NCBI GenBank assembly: GCA_035063585.1
Contig: JAPSGB010000006.1
Span: 32,001 to 96,000, forward strand
DNA from: Polyangiaceae bacterium
GTDB taxonomy: Bacteria > Myxococcota_A > Polyangia > Polyangiales > Polyangiaceae
Direction: 5' to 3'
Length of the DNA stretch: 64,000 bases
The translations under genes were made by a program, and so were the position numbers. Every line of letters begins with the position of its first letter. The stretch's first letter is position 1. The notes under the pieces are model-generated. The model made no database searches, was not told the DNA's origin, and was given only the letters and a program-made list of their open reading frames with translations. This document shows, piece after piece, positions 48,018-59,195 of this stretch.

Positions 48018-48228
48018 GACCTGATGAGGATAGCGTTCGGCGGCGCGCCCGACCAACTTCGAGGCTCCGCGCGAACGGCCGCGAACGGCCACGCGCGAGC
48101 GGCCACGCGCGAGCGGCCGCGCCCGAGCGGCCGCTCCCGCGTCGACGTGCCGACCGCGGAGGTCACCATCTGGTCGGTGAAACGCCGGTAGGCGCGCGTC
48201 GAACCGCGGTTCCGCGGCGGACCGACCA
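47895..48228. repeat. Inverted doublet of the REP-like element
   Basis: 47895-47915 minus (19/21) and 48208-48228 plus (18/21). Confidence 0.6.
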
Positions 48229-48313
48229 GAAGACCCCGAGAGACCTGCAGCGGAGTCTCGCAGGGAGAGGCGCGATTGCGGAGCCGCGAGCGCGGGGCGT
48301 GTCGAGACGCGCC

Positions 48314-49735
48314 TCAGGCCGCGCTGGCGCTCGCGCCGCTCCGGAGATCGCCGAGGATGGCGTCCACGTTCTTCTTCGCGTCGCCGAAGAGCATGCGAGT
48401 GTTGTCTTTGTAGAAGAGCGCGTTGTCGACGCCGGCGTAGCCGGCGGCCATGCTGCGCTTCATCACGACACTCGTCTTCGCCTTCCAGACCTCGAGCACG
48501 GGCATGCCGTAGATCGGACTCGACGGATCCTCGAGAGCGCCGGGATTCACGATGTCGTTGGCGCCGATCACGAGCACCACGTCCGTCTCGGGGAAATCCG
48601 CGTTGATCTCCTCCATCTCGAGCACGATGTCGTAAGGGACCTTCGCCTCGGCGAGCAGCACGTTCATGTGGCCCGGCAAGCGACCCGCGACCGGGTGGAT
48701 CGCAAAGCGCACGTTCGCTCCGCGCTCGCGCAGGAGCTCAGCGACCTCGTAGATCGGGTACTGCGCGTGTGCGACCGCCATGCCGTAGCCAGGCACGATG
48801 ACCACGCTCTTGGCCGCCAGCAGCAACTCCGCCGTCTCACTCGCGGTGATCGGCACCACGCTGCCCTGGGGCGCGCCCGCGGACGCCGCCGGCGCAGCGC
48901 CCTCGTCGGCTCCAAACCCGCCGAAGATCACGTTGACGATGGAGCGGTTCATCGCCTTGCACATGATGGTGCTGAGGATCGCGCCGCTCGAGCCGACCAG
49001 CGCGCCGGTGATGATCAAGAGATCGTTGCCGAGCATGAAGCCGGCGGCCGCTGCGGCCCAACCCGAGTAGCTGTTGAGGAGCGAGACGACCACCGGCATG
49101 TCGGCGCCGCCGATCGCCATCACGAGGTGCGCTCCGAGCACGCAGGCAAGCGCCGTCATCACGCCGAGCGACACGAGCGCGGACTCGAGCGGCGCGCCGA
49201 GGAAGCGCGCGCCCATCCACACGCTCGCGGCGACCATCGCGAGGTTCACCCAGTGGCGCCCGGGGAGAACGAGCGGCTTACTGCGGATCTTTCCCTTGAG
49301 CTTGCCGAAGGCGATGACGGAGCCAGTGAAGGTGACGGCTCCGATGAACACCCCGACGAAGATCTCGAGCTCGTGAATGGTGCGTTCGACGCCGGTGAGC
49401 TGGTGCGACTCGTCGAGGAAGCTCGCGAAGCCGACCAGCACGGCGGCCGCGCCGACGAAGCTGTGCAGGATCGCGACCAGCTCGGGCATGCTCGTCATCT
49501 CGACCCGAGCCGCGAGCACCGCGCCGATGAGAGCCCCGAGCCCGAGCGCGACCGCGAGGATCCCGTAGCCGTGGACGCGCTCGGCGCCCGCCGTCACGAC
49601 CAGCGCGATGATCATGCCGATCATCCCGAACGCGTTGCCCCGCCGCGCGGTCGTCTGTCGCGAGAGCCCGCCCAGGCTCGAGATGAAGAGCACGCCGGCG
49701 GCGATATAGGCGACGGTGATGAGACCCTGGGGCAT
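48314..49735 (-). CDS. pntB: NAD(P) transhydrogenase beta subunit
   Basis: [45 protein letters not shown]. Confidence 0.97.
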   Translation of the reverse strand: MPQGLITVAYIAAGVLFISSLGGLSRQTTARRGNAFGMIGMIIALVVTAGAERVHGYGILAVALGLGALIGAVLAARVEMTSMPELVAILHSFVGAAAVLVGFASFLDESHQLTGVERTIHELEIFVGVFIGAVTFTGSVIAFGKLKGKIRSKPLVLPGRHWVNLAMVAASVWMGARFLGAPLESALVSLGVMTALACVLGAHLVMAIGGADMPVVVSLLNSYSGWAAAAAGFMLGNDLLIITGALVGSSGAILSTIMCKAMNRSIVNVIFGGFGADEGAAPAASAGAPQGSVVPITASETAELLLAAKSVVIVPGYGMAVAHAQYPIYEVAELLRERGANVRFAIHPVAGRLPGHMNVLLAEAKVPYDIVLEMEEINADFPETDVVLVIGANDIVNPGALEDPSSPIYGMPVLEVWKAKTSVVMKRSMAAGYAGVDNALFYKDNTRMLFGDAKKNVDAILGDLRSGASASAA

Positions 49736-49739
49736 CAGG

Positions 49740-51314
49740 TCACCTCCGGAACATCCGTAGCATTCGGTGGGTCACGAGGAACCCGCCGGCGATGTTGATG
49801 GTCGCGAGGAGCACTGCCGCGGCGCCGAGCACAGTCACGGCGGTGAGCGAGTTCGAGCCGAGCTCGAGCATGCCACCGACCAGGATGATGCCGCTGATGG
49901 CGTTGGTGACGCTCATCAGCGGCGTGTGGAGCGCCGGGGTCACGTTCCAGATCACCTGCCAGCCGATGAAGCAGGCGAGCACGAACACGGTGAAATGAGC
50001 CAGAAACTCGGGGGGCGCGGAGAGCCCGAGCCCGATGAGCCCGAGCCCGAGCGCGCCGAGCGCGAGGACGCTCGCGAACCCGGAGGATTTCGCCGCCTGC
50101 TCTGTTGCCCCTTCCTTGGGGTGGTGCGCGACCGGCGGAGGCGGCAGGCTGCGCTGAGGGAGCGGCTGCTCCGGGGCCGCCTTGGGCGGCGGCGGCCACA
50201 TGAGCTCACCCTTCAGGAGCACGAGCGCGTCGCGGACCACGTCGTCGTCGAGGTCGACGTGCCAGTTCGCAGAGCCGCCCATGTCGGTGAGCAGGTGATA
50301 GAGGTTGTTGCCGTAGAGCTGACTCGCCGTCGGCGCGAGCCGGCTCGGCAGATCGACGTAGCCGATGATGGTGACATCGTGCGCGCGCGTCACCTCCTGG
50401 GGCTTGGTGAGCGCGCAGTTGCCGCCATTTTCGGCGGCCAGATCCACGATCACCGACCCCGGCTTCATGCTCGCGACCATCTCCTTGGTGATGAGCACGG
50501 GCGCCGCCTTGCCGGGGATGAGCGCCGTCGTGATGATGATGTCGACGTCCTTGGCCTGCGCGGCAAAGAGCTTCATCTCGGCTTCGATGAACTCCGCGCT
50601 CATGGTCTTCGCGTAGCCACCCTCCCCCGTGCCGTCCTCGCGGAAGGAGAGCTCGAGGAACTCCGCGCCCATGCTGATGACCTGCTCCTTCACCGCCGGA
50701 CGGGTGTCGAAGGCGCGCACGATGGCGCCGAGGCCGCGCGCCGCGCCGATGGCGGCGAGGCCGGCGACCCCCGCGCCGATCACCAGCACCTTGGCGGGCG
50801 GGACCTTGCCGGCGGCGGTCATCTGACCGGTGAAGAATCGTCCGAAGAAGCTCGCCGCCTCGATCACCGCGCGGTAGCCGGCGATGTTCGCCATGCTGCT
50901 GAGCGCGTCCATCTTCTGCGCGCGGGTGATGCGGGGCACCTGGTCGATGGCGATGACGGTCGCCTTGCGCCGGGCCAGGCGCTCGACGAGCTCCTGGTTC
51001 TTCGCGGGCCACAGAAAGCTGATGAGGGTCGTGCCCTCATGCATGAGGTCGGCCTCGTGACGGCTGCGGTTCACGTCGAGCTCGGGCGGCTGGACCTTCA
51101 AGAGGATGTCGGCCGCGGCCCACACCTCCTCGGCGCCCGGCAAGATGGTCGCGCCGACCTCTTGATAGGCCGAGTCGGGAAACGACGCCCGATCACCCGC
51201 GCCCGCCTCGATGAGGACGTCGAAGCCGAGCTTGATGAGGCGCTTCGCGGTGTCCGGCGTGGTCGCAACGCGACGCTCGCCAGGGTGGATCTCGCGGACG
51301 ATGCCGACTTTCAT
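49740..51314 (-). CDS. pntA: NAD(P) transhydrogenase alpha subunit (unsplit)
   Basis: [36 protein letters not shown]. Confidence 0.97.
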   Translation of the reverse strand: MKVGIVREIHPGERRVATTPDTAKRLIKLGFDVLIEAGAGDRASFPDSAYQEVGATILPGAEEVWAAADILLKVQPPELDVNRSRHEADLMHEGTTLISFLWPAKNQELVERLARRKATVIAIDQVPRITRAQKMDALSSMANIAGYRAVIEAASFFGRFFTGQMTAAGKVPPAKVLVIGAGVAGLAAIGAARGLGAIVRAFDTRPAVKEQVISMGAEFLELSFREDGTGEGGYAKTMSAEFIEAEMKLFAAQAKDVDIIITTALIPGKAAPVLITKEMVASMKPGSVIVDLAAENGGNCALTKPQEVTRAHDVTIIGYVDLPSRLAPTASQLYGNNLYHLLTDMGGSANWHVDLDDDVVRDALVLLKGELMWPPPPKAAPEQPLPQRSLPPPPVAHHPKEGATEQAAKSSGFASVLALGALGLGLIGLGLSAPPEFLAHFTVFVLACFIGWQVIWNVTPALHTPLMSVTNAISGIILVGGMLELGSNSLTAVTVLGAAAVLLATINIAGGFLVTHRMLRMFRR

Positions 51315-51481
51315 GATCGAGTGAGGGACGAAGCGAGGCGCGTCGCGTGCGCGACGGTCGCGGAGCGGTCGGAAGCGGACTCTCCGACCGGCCCCTCCAT
51401 AGCGCACTTCGAGCAGCCGTGGGGACGCTCCGTACCTCAGGCCCGACCCAGCGGGGCGAACGAGGCCTGGTTTCGGCTGGA

Positions 51482-51502
51482 ATGTCGGTCCGGCGCGAAG
51501 CC
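51482..51502 (-). repeat. Dispersed REP-like element (19/21)
   Basis: GGCTTCGCGCCGGACCGACAT, intergenic upstream of pntA. Confidence 0.65.
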
Positions 51503-51531
51503 GACCCGGGTCGGCCGCGCGGTGAGCCGCG

Positions 51532-52473
51532 TCAGTAGGTCAGCAGCTTCTCGAACGTGGTCGGGTCTGGAGGAGGGCCCATCGCGACGCAGAGGACCTT
51601 GTTGTTGGTCCAGTACACCTCTTCGTCGTAGCCGCCGCCCGTGACCGAGACCCGCACGCCGATCACGGCCTGCTGCTTGTCGTAGACCGTCTTGCGCTCG
51701 ATCTTCTGGCCTGATTTTCGTTTCGCCAGGGAGCTCGTCCAGAGGTTCTGGATCGCGTTACTAGCGCCGGACTTGGTCGAGAATGCGTAGAGGAGGTGGA
51801 CTACCTTCGTGCCGCCGGAGGAAACGTAGACCGCACCGATGTTGTCGACCACCCCCGCGGGGACCTCCTTGATCGGAGAGGTCCCGGCGAGCGAGTAGCC
51901 GCCGACGTCCTGCTTCAGGAGGCTGCGGAGCGAGCCGCTCTCAGGGACGCTGCTGGTGCCGTCGTCGGTGCCCGTCGTGCCGGAACTCGGGGCCCCGGAG
52001 CTGCTCGGTTCACCGAAGAGCCCGAAGAAGACGATGAGAACGACCACCAAGCCGACGGCGACCATGACGCCGAGGCAGCCCGCGATCCCGCATCCCCCGA
52101 GGAGCTTCATGCCGCCGGAGTCCTTCGCGGGCGGCGGAGGAGCGAGCGGAGCCGCGCCGGGCGGCATCGGGATCCCTCCCGCAGGCCCCGGATACCCTCC
52201 GCCCCCGGGCGGACCATACCCGGGCGGGGGCCCGCCGACGGGCGGCCCATAGCCGCCCCCGACCGGAGGCGCGTAGCCGGGCGGCGCGCCTGCGGGCTGC
52301 TGAAAGCCTCCGCCAGCCGGCGGCCCGTAACCTCCGCCCGCCGGCGGCCCGTAGCCTCCGCCAGCCGGCGCAGGGGCGGCGCCGGGCGGCTGCCCCAGCG
52401 TGGTGCCGCAGTTCGCGCAGAAGCGCGCTCCCGGCTCGAGCGCGCTGTGACATCGAGGACAGTGGCTCATCAC
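51532..52473 (-). CDS. Zinc-ribbon, Pro/Gly-rich, single-TM membrane protein
   Basis: CPRC..FCANCG; GGGYGPP repeats; TM helix; extracytoplasmic domain. Confidence 0.75.
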   Translation of the reverse strand: MMSHCPRCHSALEPGARFCANCGTTLGQPPGAAPAPAGGGYGPPAGGGYGPPAGGGFQQPAGAPPGYAPPVGGGYGPPVGGPPPGYGPPGGGGYPGPAGGIPMPPGAAPLAPPPPAKDSGGMKLLGGCGIAGCLGVMVAVGLVVVLIVFFGLFGEPSSSGAPSSGTTGTDDGTSSVPESGSLRSLLKQDVGGYSLAGTSPIKEVPAGVVDNIGAVYVSSGGTKVVHLLYAFSTKSGASNAIQNLWTSSLAKRKSGQKIERKTVYDKQQAVIGVRVSVTGGGYDEEVYWTNNKVLCVAMGPPPDPTTFEKLLTY

Positions 52474-53468
52474 GACTTCCCTCCCGGCCCGAGCGCGCTC
52501 CGACGTTCGACGAGCGCGGCGCGGATCTTCGCCACCTCGGTCTCGGTTCGAGCTCTCCTCGACGGTTCCGCTTCATCCGCGAGGCGCGACTTGGCGAAGG
52601 CGAGCTGGACCTGCGTGTTGTGCAGGGCCCTCGAGCTCAGGAGGCGCCCGAGTTGGAAGCCGAAGAACAGCTTCGCGTATGCCGCTTGACGCGCGAAGAC
52701 GCTCTTCAGGAGCAGCAGATCCTCGGCACTTACCGACCCCGTCTGGACTTCGTCGTCCAAGAACGTGCGAATCGCGCGGCGCTCGCTCGCCAAGGCATAA
52801 GCCGCGATGACGGCGAGCCCGAGGAGCGGCAAGAACAACGCGACATTCGCGCGGAGCGCCCCGAGATCGCCGAGCGAGTCGCCGCTTCGAAGCACGACGT
52901 AGGAACCCTCCGCCACGATCGCACCGAGCATCGCCAAGACGGGAAGAGCTCCTCGCGAGATCGGCGCCTTGGCCTCACTCGCTGCGCCGAAGCCCGCGCC
53001 GATGATGGCGCCGATGACGCCGTCGGAGAGCTTGGAGAGCGCGAGCTTCCCGAAGCCCGCGGCCACCGGCGCGGCGATCCCCGGGAGGCTCACGTTGGCA
53101 AAACTCAGCTCGCTCACCAACTGCTCACCCACACCGAAGCCGAGGCCGGCGCAGGTCCCGTACACGATGCCGTCCATCGTGCCGTTGAATTCCTCCCAAC
53201 CGCGCCGCTGACCGTAGAGCACCAGCACGCCCACGCCGGCTCCGATGGCGAGGAATTTTACCAGCTCCTTGCTGGCGGCGCCGAGCCATACATGAAGACC
53301 GAGGGTCGTCTGACCTACGGCCGTCGCGACCAGCGCGCCCCCCACCGCACCGAGAGCGAATTGCATCAGCATCGCCCACAGCGGCTCCTTCTCGTTCATG
53401 TCTACGAAGCGCACGACCAAAAAATAGAGGATCGTGAGCAGCAGCGTAGAGGTCAGCGTGGACGTCAT
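52470..53468 (-). CDS. PrsW-family intramembrane protease homolog (degenerate)
   Basis: D..EKEP, F.GTMDGIVYG..GLGF..E; EE and His motifs substituted. Confidence 0.75.
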   Translation of the reverse strand: MTSTLTSTLLLTILYFLVVRFVDMNEKEPLWAMLMQFALGAVGGALVATAVGQTTLGLHVWLGAASKELVKFLAIGAGVGVLVLYGQRRGWEEFNGTMDGIVYGTCAGLGFGVGEQLVSELSFANVSLPGIAAPVAAGFGKLALSKLSDGVIGAIIGAGFGAASEAKAPISRGALPVLAMLGAIVAEGSYVVLRSGDSLGDLGALRANVALFLPLLGLAVIAAYALASERRAIRTFLDDEVQTGSVSAEDLLLLKSVFARQAAYAKLFFGFQLGRLLSSRALHNTQVQLAFAKSRLADEAEPSRRARTETEVAKIRAALVERRSALGPGGKS

Positions 53469-53624
53469 CGGCGATACCCCATTCCCTTCACCGTCGGACC
53501 GACTCGAGACGCGAACGGCGCGATTACACTCCACCCCGTTCAGGTTTGACCAGCACATTCGGAGGGCGGCACACCGAATTCGCGGCGCCCTCCGCTTTCG
53601 ATCCGAAATCGGGCGGCGCGCCGC

Positions 53625-55487
53625 TCAGCCGCTCCCTCTCGCCGAGCGGGCGAGCGCGCCGACCAAGCGCCGCACCGCCGTCAAGTCGAATGGCTTCTCG
53701 AGGCGCGGGTTGGGAGAGCTGGCGAGAAACTCGGCCGCGCGCGGAGTGAACGCCCCGCCCGTCATGAAGACGACCCGTTTCTCGATGCCAGTGCCTCGTG
53801 CGGCGAGCTGCTGATGGAGCTCCATACCGCTCATGCCGGGCATCAGGAGATCGCAGAGCACCACATCGAAGGTCTCCCCGGAAGTCAGCAGCTCGAGGGC
53901 CTCGCGCGCGGAGGTCGAGACGCAGACCTCGTGCTCGTCGCTGAGCACCAGGCGGAGCATGGACGCGACCGGGAGCTCATCGTCGACGATGAGCACTCGC
54001 GCACGACCGGCCAGGCTCGGCGCGGGGGTGGTTCGGCGGCGCTCCGGCGCCACCGACGCGGAAGTGTCGACGGGCAGCGTGACTCGAAAGGTGGTCCCTC
54101 GCCCAAGCTCGCTACTTGCCGTGATCTCTCCGCCGAAACCCGCCACGATTCTCTGACAGATCGACAGGCCCAAACCGGTGCCGATCCCGGCGGGCTTGGT
54201 GGTGAAGAACGGCTCGAAGACGCGTGCGAGCGCCTCTGGCGCGATCCCCTCGCCATCGTCGGTGACCTCCACCGCGACGTGCTCGACTCCGGCCGAACGA
54301 ATCGCCACCCGCACCTCATGATGCTCCGCGCCGCCTTCGGGCAGGGCCTGCGCCGCGTTGATGAGCAGGTTCAAGAAGACCTGCTCGAGACGGGTCGCCT
54401 CGGCATGAACCGGGCGCACGGGGTCGAAGTCGCGTGTCAGCCGCGCGCGGCCGGAGAGCTGCGGACCCGCGACGCGGAGCGCAGAGGAGACCACCCGCTC
54501 GAGGTCCACCGGCCCGGTCTTCTCGGCGTCGGTTCGCGAGAACGCGCGCAAATCGCGCACGATCGTGCCGACCCGCTCGGCGCCGTGGCGCGCCTCTGCG
54601 AGCCGCTGGGCGAGATCCCGAAGTCGCTCCGGATCCTGCACGGCGCGTGGTACCTCGCGCATGACGTACTCGAGATTCAAGAGGACGTAGGCGAGCGGGT
54701 TATTGATCTCGTGCGCGACGCCCGCCGCCAGGGTGCCTACCGCGGTCAAGCGGGCAGCTTGGACGAGCTCAGCCTGGAGCGCCTGTCGCTCGCTCAAGTC
54801 GCGGCCGATGAAGAGCACGGCGTCCTCGCCACCCCACTCGATCTTCATGGTGATGACTTCCGCCGAGAATTGCCGGCCATCCCCGCGCGTCACCCGGACC
54901 TCGAACGGCGGTAGGCGCGCGCCTCCCTCGCGCACTTCCGCGGCATACTTGCGAACCCGCGCGAGGTCATCCGGGTGCAGGTGCTGCTCCGGTGAGACTC
55001 GCTCGGCGTCCCCACGCTCGTCGAGCATGCGCCGGAGCGCGTCGTTCACGTAGCTGAGGCCGCTGGCCGTGGAGACCGCGATGGCATCGGGAGCGGCGTC
55101 GATGAGCGCGCGGAATCGCGACTCGGAGTGCCGGAGCTTCTCCTCGACGACGCGCCGCTCGAGAGCGTCGTAGAAGAAGTCGACGCGGGCCGGGGCCCCG
55201 TCGATGAGCACGCTGCTCGAGGCGGCGGAGACCGGCCAGAGCGAGCCGTCCTTGCGCGGAAGCTCGACCTCTCGCGCGCCCGCTCGTCCTTCGGCGCTCA
55301 CTTGACCGATCAGCGCGGCGGCGGCGCGCTCCACGCCCTCGTCCGGCACCGTCTCTCCCGACTCGTAGCCGAGCAGCGCCCCCGCGGCGTGGTTGAGAAA
55401 TCGCGCGCGACGCTCGCGCCCGTCTCCGCTGGTGACCACGATCCCGATACCCGCGTACTCCGCGGCTCCGATGATCGCCCGCGCCAT
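53625..55487 (-). CDS. PAS-PAS hybrid sensor histidine kinase/response regulator (start uncertain)
   Basis: AHEINNPL, NLLINA, DDGEGI, FFTTK, GTGLGL; receiver IVDDE..CDLLMP..EKP. Confidence 0.92.
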   Translation of the reverse strand: MARAIIGAAEYAGIGIVVTSGDGRERRARFLNHAAGALLGYESGETVPDEGVERAAAALIGQVSAEGRAGAREVELPRKDGSLWPVSAASSSVLIDGAPARVDFFYDALERRVVEEKLRHSESRFRALIDAAPDAIAVSTASGLSYVNDALRRMLDERGDAERVSPEQHLHPDDLARVRKYAAEVREGGARLPPFEVRVTRGDGRQFSAEVITMKIEWGGEDAVLFIGRDLSERQALQAELVQAARLTAVGTLAAGVAHEINNPLAYVLLNLEYVMREVPRAVQDPERLRDLAQRLAEARHGAERVGTIVRDLRAFSRTDAEKTGPVDLERVVSSALRVAGPQLSGRARLTRDFDPVRPVHAEATRLEQVFLNLLINAAQALPEGGAEHHEVRVAIRSAGVEHVAVEVTDDGEGIAPEALARVFEPFFTTKPAGIGTGLGLSICQRIVAGFGGEITASSELGRGTTFRVTLPVDTSASVAPERRRTTPAPSLAGRARVLIVDDELPVASMLRLVLSDEHEVCVSTSAREALELLTSGETFDVVLCDLLMPGMSGMELHQQLAARGTGIEKRVVFMTGGAFTPRAAEFLASSPNPRLEKPFDLTAVRRLVGALARSARGSG

Positions 55488-55731
55488 GTTGCTGAGCAGA
55501 GCCGGCGACGATGACTGACGGAGACTCCCCACGCGAGCGACTCTACCAGAACTTCGCCGCCTTCGGCGCGCGGCGCCGTAGAGCGGCTCCGGGGCCGCGC
55601 CGGAGGGCGTCCGAAGAGCGACGAACGCCCTCCTGCCGCGCCCTCCTCTCACCAGCACGCCGGCTGCGGTGCTCCGTCGTCTGCTTCGACGATCGGTCGA
55701 GCCCGTCGGTGGATGCGGATCGCGCCGGCTG

Positions 55732-57174
55732 CTACCGATCCGGGACGACGAACTCGGCGAGCTTCTTTCCGTCGGGAGTAAAGAACGCGATGAAGTGCGG
55801 AGCCACCTGGACGAGACGATCGGGTGTGACCCACAGGAGGCCGCCTCGGTTTACTGGCTGCGGAACCGACGGATACCCCCGGTAGTAGTCGGGGAGCCCC
55901 GCCGGGATCCCGGGCGTCGAGGCGGCGAACGCGGCGCGCAGGGCTCCCGATTTCGCGTCATGCACGCGAACCTCGCCGTCCTCCAGCAAGATCGCGACCG
56001 CATCGCCCGCGGGCGTGGGGGCGAGGGCGGACGTCTCGGGGATACTATGCGAGCGCCCGGGCAAGCGCGACGCGAGGTCGAGCGTTCTCACGAGCCGCCC
56101 GCCGCGCACGAGATCGACATGGCTCTCCGAGCGCTTGCCCGGACGCGGCTCACGTCCACCCTCGGTGTGCATCACGAAGAGCGAGCCGTCCGGGGCCCAG
56201 ACACCCGTCCGGGTGCGGGGTAACGAGGGCGTGACGGAGCCGATACGGCGGCCGTCATCACCATCGAAGAAGACGACCTCGTCGACGTTTGGAGCGATCG
56301 GGTGGCGTCGAGCGCAGGAGCGTCCGTCGCTTGACCAGTCCATCCCGAACGAGGCCGGAAGATCGCCCATGGGGACCTGATAGACGAGCTTGCCACGAAC
56401 GGGATCGAACGCCGCGATCCCGTTACCGACACGGCCGACCACTGCGCCGATGGCGGCATTCCACTCGATCTCCTCGAATGCAGGGGCTCCGATCATCGGG
56501 GAGAGATCGAACCGGCGATCACCCGGATGAAGCTCGAAGAGCGCGCCGGTGTCGGCGAAGATGCGATCGCCGACCCAGACGTAGCCGACCCCGCTGTCCC
56601 GTGTCTCGTCTGGAAAGGCGACCCCGACGAAGCGCGCATTCTCGAAGAGGCCGATCCCGTTCAGGCCCATGTTTGCCGCAAGGCGCCGGCCGTCCGGATG
56701 CCAGCGTAAGAGGTCCTTGTTCTCGCTCCAGCCGGCGCTGTCCCCTTCGCCGATCACCTGCGTCGCCGTGCGTATCGTTCCGAGCTCCGCATCGAAGACC
56801 AAGATGTAGGCTTCCCCGCTCGATGCCGGTCCCTGCTCGCTCTCGTCGCGCGCGTCGAGGGCGTCAGCAGTACATGCGGCAGCGAGCCAGGGGCGTGACG
56901 GGTGGATCGCGACGTTCTCGATCAAGCATCGACGGGGCCAGCGAGCGTTCGGTTGCACCGGCCAGCCTTCGTCTCGCGGGCTACCGTCGTCCGCGGCGCG
57001 CTGGGGCTTCTGCTCGCTCATCGAGGGGCCCGTCAGCGGGGTCGCCGGGCGAGGGATTTCTGCGCGGCGGCAGGCGCCGAGCGGCGCCCCGGCGAGAGCG
57101 ATGGCGAGCGCGCGAGCGACCCGACACCATATCGAGTCAGGATTTCGGAGGTGTGGTCCGCGGTATCGTCGCAA
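55732..57174 (-). CDS. WD40/beta-propeller-like hypothetical protein (possible lipoprotein; start uncertain)
   Basis: HPSRPWLA, WHPDG, WSSDG, WAPDG, FTPDG; LGAC lipobox-like. Confidence 0.65.
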   Translation of the reverse strand: MRRYRGPHLRNPDSIWCRVARALAIALAGAPLGACRRAEIPRPATPLTGPSMSEQKPQRAADDGSPRDEGWPVQPNARWPRRCLIENVAIHPSRPWLAAACTADALDARDESEQGPASSGEAYILVFDAELGTIRTATQVIGEGDSAGWSENKDLLRWHPDGRRLAANMGLNGIGLFENARFVGVAFPDETRDSGVGYVWVGDRIFADTGALFELHPGDRRFDLSPMIGAPAFEEIEWNAAIGAVVGRVGNGIAAFDPVRGKLVYQVPMGDLPASFGMDWSSDGRSCARRHPIAPNVDEVVFFDGDDGRRIGSVTPSLPRTRTGVWAPDGSLFVMHTEGGREPRPGKRSESHVDLVRGGRLVRTLDLASRLPGRSHSIPETSALAPTPAGDAVAILLEDGEVRVHDAKSGALRAAFAASTPGIPAGLPDYYRGYPSVPQPVNRGGLLWVTPDRLVQVAPHFIAFFTPDGKKLAEFVVPDR

Positions 57175-57299
57175 TGGGGCCCCTGAAGGTTCGCGCCGGC
57201 GGCGCTCATCGCAGCATCATGCTCGGCCAGGCCGCCGTCGTCGAGAGCCTCCGCCTCAGGCGTGGCAAGAGGGCTCGCGGCGAGCGCGTCTCCCCAAGG

Positions 57300-57737
57300 A
57301 TCGACGGTGCGGCTCGGGCTCGCGACCTCGCTCGACGAGCTGGGCGCGTCGGAGATCGTGAAGATGTACGGCCGTCGCTTCACGGTCGAGGAGACGTTCC
57401 GCGACGCGTACGGCCTGCACTTCCGGATGGGCCTGCGCGCGACGTACATCGGCACGGCCGAGCGCCGCGAGTCGGTTGCCGTTTCTGGCGGTACTCGGCC
57501 ACACCTTGCTCACGCTTCTCCGCGCAGCGAGCGAGGCCCCGAGGCCCCGCCGTGATCTCAAGGCGAACACCGCCAAGCGGCGCACCATGTCGCGCTATCG
57601 GCAGGGGCTCTACTGGTACGAGTGCATCCCCGACGTGCGCGCCGATTGGCTGCGCCGGCTGATGGCGGCTCACGACGAGAGCGTGGGCAATCATCCGTTC
57701 TTCAGCGCGTTCTTCGCGCCGCGGGGCCGATCGATGA
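57300..57737 (+). mobile_element. IS4-family transposase remnant (C-terminal part, frameshifted)
   Basis: LATSL..YGRRFTVEETFRD..GL (Y-R-E signature); second frame LLTLL..LKANTAKRRTMS.YRQG.YWY. Confidence 0.75.
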
Positions 57738-58183
57738 GCTCGGATAGAAGCGAGGCGATGCGTGCGCAAGCTCCGCCGTTCCCATGTTCCTGCGCGCCTT
57801 GGTCACCGCTGCGGACGCGCTCACCCGCTCCCTCGGCTGCCTCGGCGAAGGCCCAGAGCCTCCACGGCTCGCTCCCCCGAGGAGGCCCCGGTTGGTCATC
57901 AGCCCCGCGCCACGGCAGAGACTCAGCAGCCTCGGCGGAGACTCCAACGGGCAGATGGAGAGGTTCGCGGGGTGGCGCGCCCTCGCCGCGGTCGCGTGAC
58001 ATGCGGATGTGCGTCTGGTCGCCTCTGCAGCGGCGACCAGGGCGGCTCAGCCGCGTGCGTCGATGACCTCGGATGCCGAACCGAGCCGCCTTCGGGCGTC
58101 GTTCGCCCCGGTCGAAGCCTTCCGCAGAGGACGTCCGCTCTTGCTCTCATCTCCGCGCCGACACGCTGCTACGCTGTGCGCGC

Positions 58184-58480
58184 GTGAGCGAGACGGGACT
58201 CCCCGACTGCGTCGCCCGGCTGCTCTGGGACATGGACGTCGAGCGGCTCGATCTGGACCGTGCCCGCAAGCTCATCATGGAGCGGGTGATGTCGCGCGGG
58301 GGCTGGGAGGCGATGAAGTGGCTGCGCGCGCGATCTTCGCGCGAGGAGCTGGCGGAGTATCTGCTGCGCCGCGGCGCGCTGCGGCTCAGCCCCCGCGATC
58401 TCGCGTACTGGGCGCTCGTGTGCGACCTGAACGTCGAGGTCGGCCCGGGCGGCGGCCGGCCGCCGTGGGCTGGGCCCTGA
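58184..58480 (+). CDS. DUF6922-like antitoxin partner of AbiEii-type nucleotidyltransferase
   Basis: LLWDMD..LDL..IMERVMSRG..KWL..LSPR..YW; overlaps the downstream gene. Confidence 0.7.
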   Translation: MSETGLPDCVARLLWDMDVERLDLDRARKLIMERVMSRGGWEAMKWLRARSSREELAEYLLRRGALRLSPRDLAYWALVCDLNVEVGPGGGRPPWAGP

Positions 58481-58823
58481 AGGGGATCACCGCCGAGCAG
58501 CTCGCCGTGCTGAGCCGCCTCGGCCCCGCGCTGGAGCCGGACACCTACCTGGCAGGCGATGTCGGTGTGGCGATGATAGTGGGCCATGGTCGCTCGAATG
58601 ACCTGGATCTGTTCGTGCCGCGTGAGTTCGACGCCGCGAGGCTCGAAGAGCGGATCGCGGCCGTCGTGCAGGGTGCGAAGGTCGTCGGGCGCGCGCGGCA
58701 CGCTGCACCTCGAAGTGGACGCGACCCCCGTCAGCATCTTGTCGTATCGATACGGTGCGGTTTCGCCCGTGACCGAAGATGCGGCCCTGCCCGTGCCCCG
58801 GGCCTCGCCGGAGGACGTGCTCA
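58465..58823 (+). pseudogene. AbiEii/AbiGii-like nucleotidyltransferase toxin, frameshifted and truncated
   Basis: YLAGDVGVA..GHGRSNDLDLF; frameshift in GC run near 58690; continues GTLHLEVD..VSILSYRY..ASPED then breaks. Confidence 0.7.
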
Positions 58824-59195
58824 GACCATCAGACGGGCGTTTACAACTGCGGGAGCTGCGGCAACGTGTGCCTGGCGGTCGACTTCCGCACGTGCGTGTC
58901 GGGGGTCTGCGTCTGCGACGCCGGAAAGAGCGACTGCGGGCAGCCAGGCTGCGTCGACCTCACGACGAACGAGAAGCATTGTGGCGCATGCAGGCAACGC
59001 CTGCGGCGCGGGGTTCGTCTGCGCGGGGGGACAGTGCCTCGGAAGAACGTGCACTTCACCGACGCCAGCACTGGCACGGTGAACGCCGTGCCGAAGGCGG
59101 GCGGCGCGATCGCGGTGCTCGGGGCGCCGATCGCGTCGGATGGCCAATACCTCTACGACGTCAACGGCGCGAAGCTCGTGCGCGCTCAACGGTAG
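58815..59195 (+). pseudogene. Remnant of Cys-rich (Stig1-like repeat) secreted protein
   Basis: NCGSCGNVC, CVDLTTNEKHCGAC; continuation GNACGAGFVCAGGQC in another frame; no start or signal peptide. Confidence 0.55.

Noticed and set aside
48299..51644. Long antisense ORFs over pntAB (likewise over gltA, ettA and others)
   Set aside because: Expected in high-GC DNA; no recognisable motifs
58681..58700. Programmed frameshift or phase variation in the toxin gene
   Set aside because: The gene is also truncated and motif-mutated, so decay is the simpler explanation
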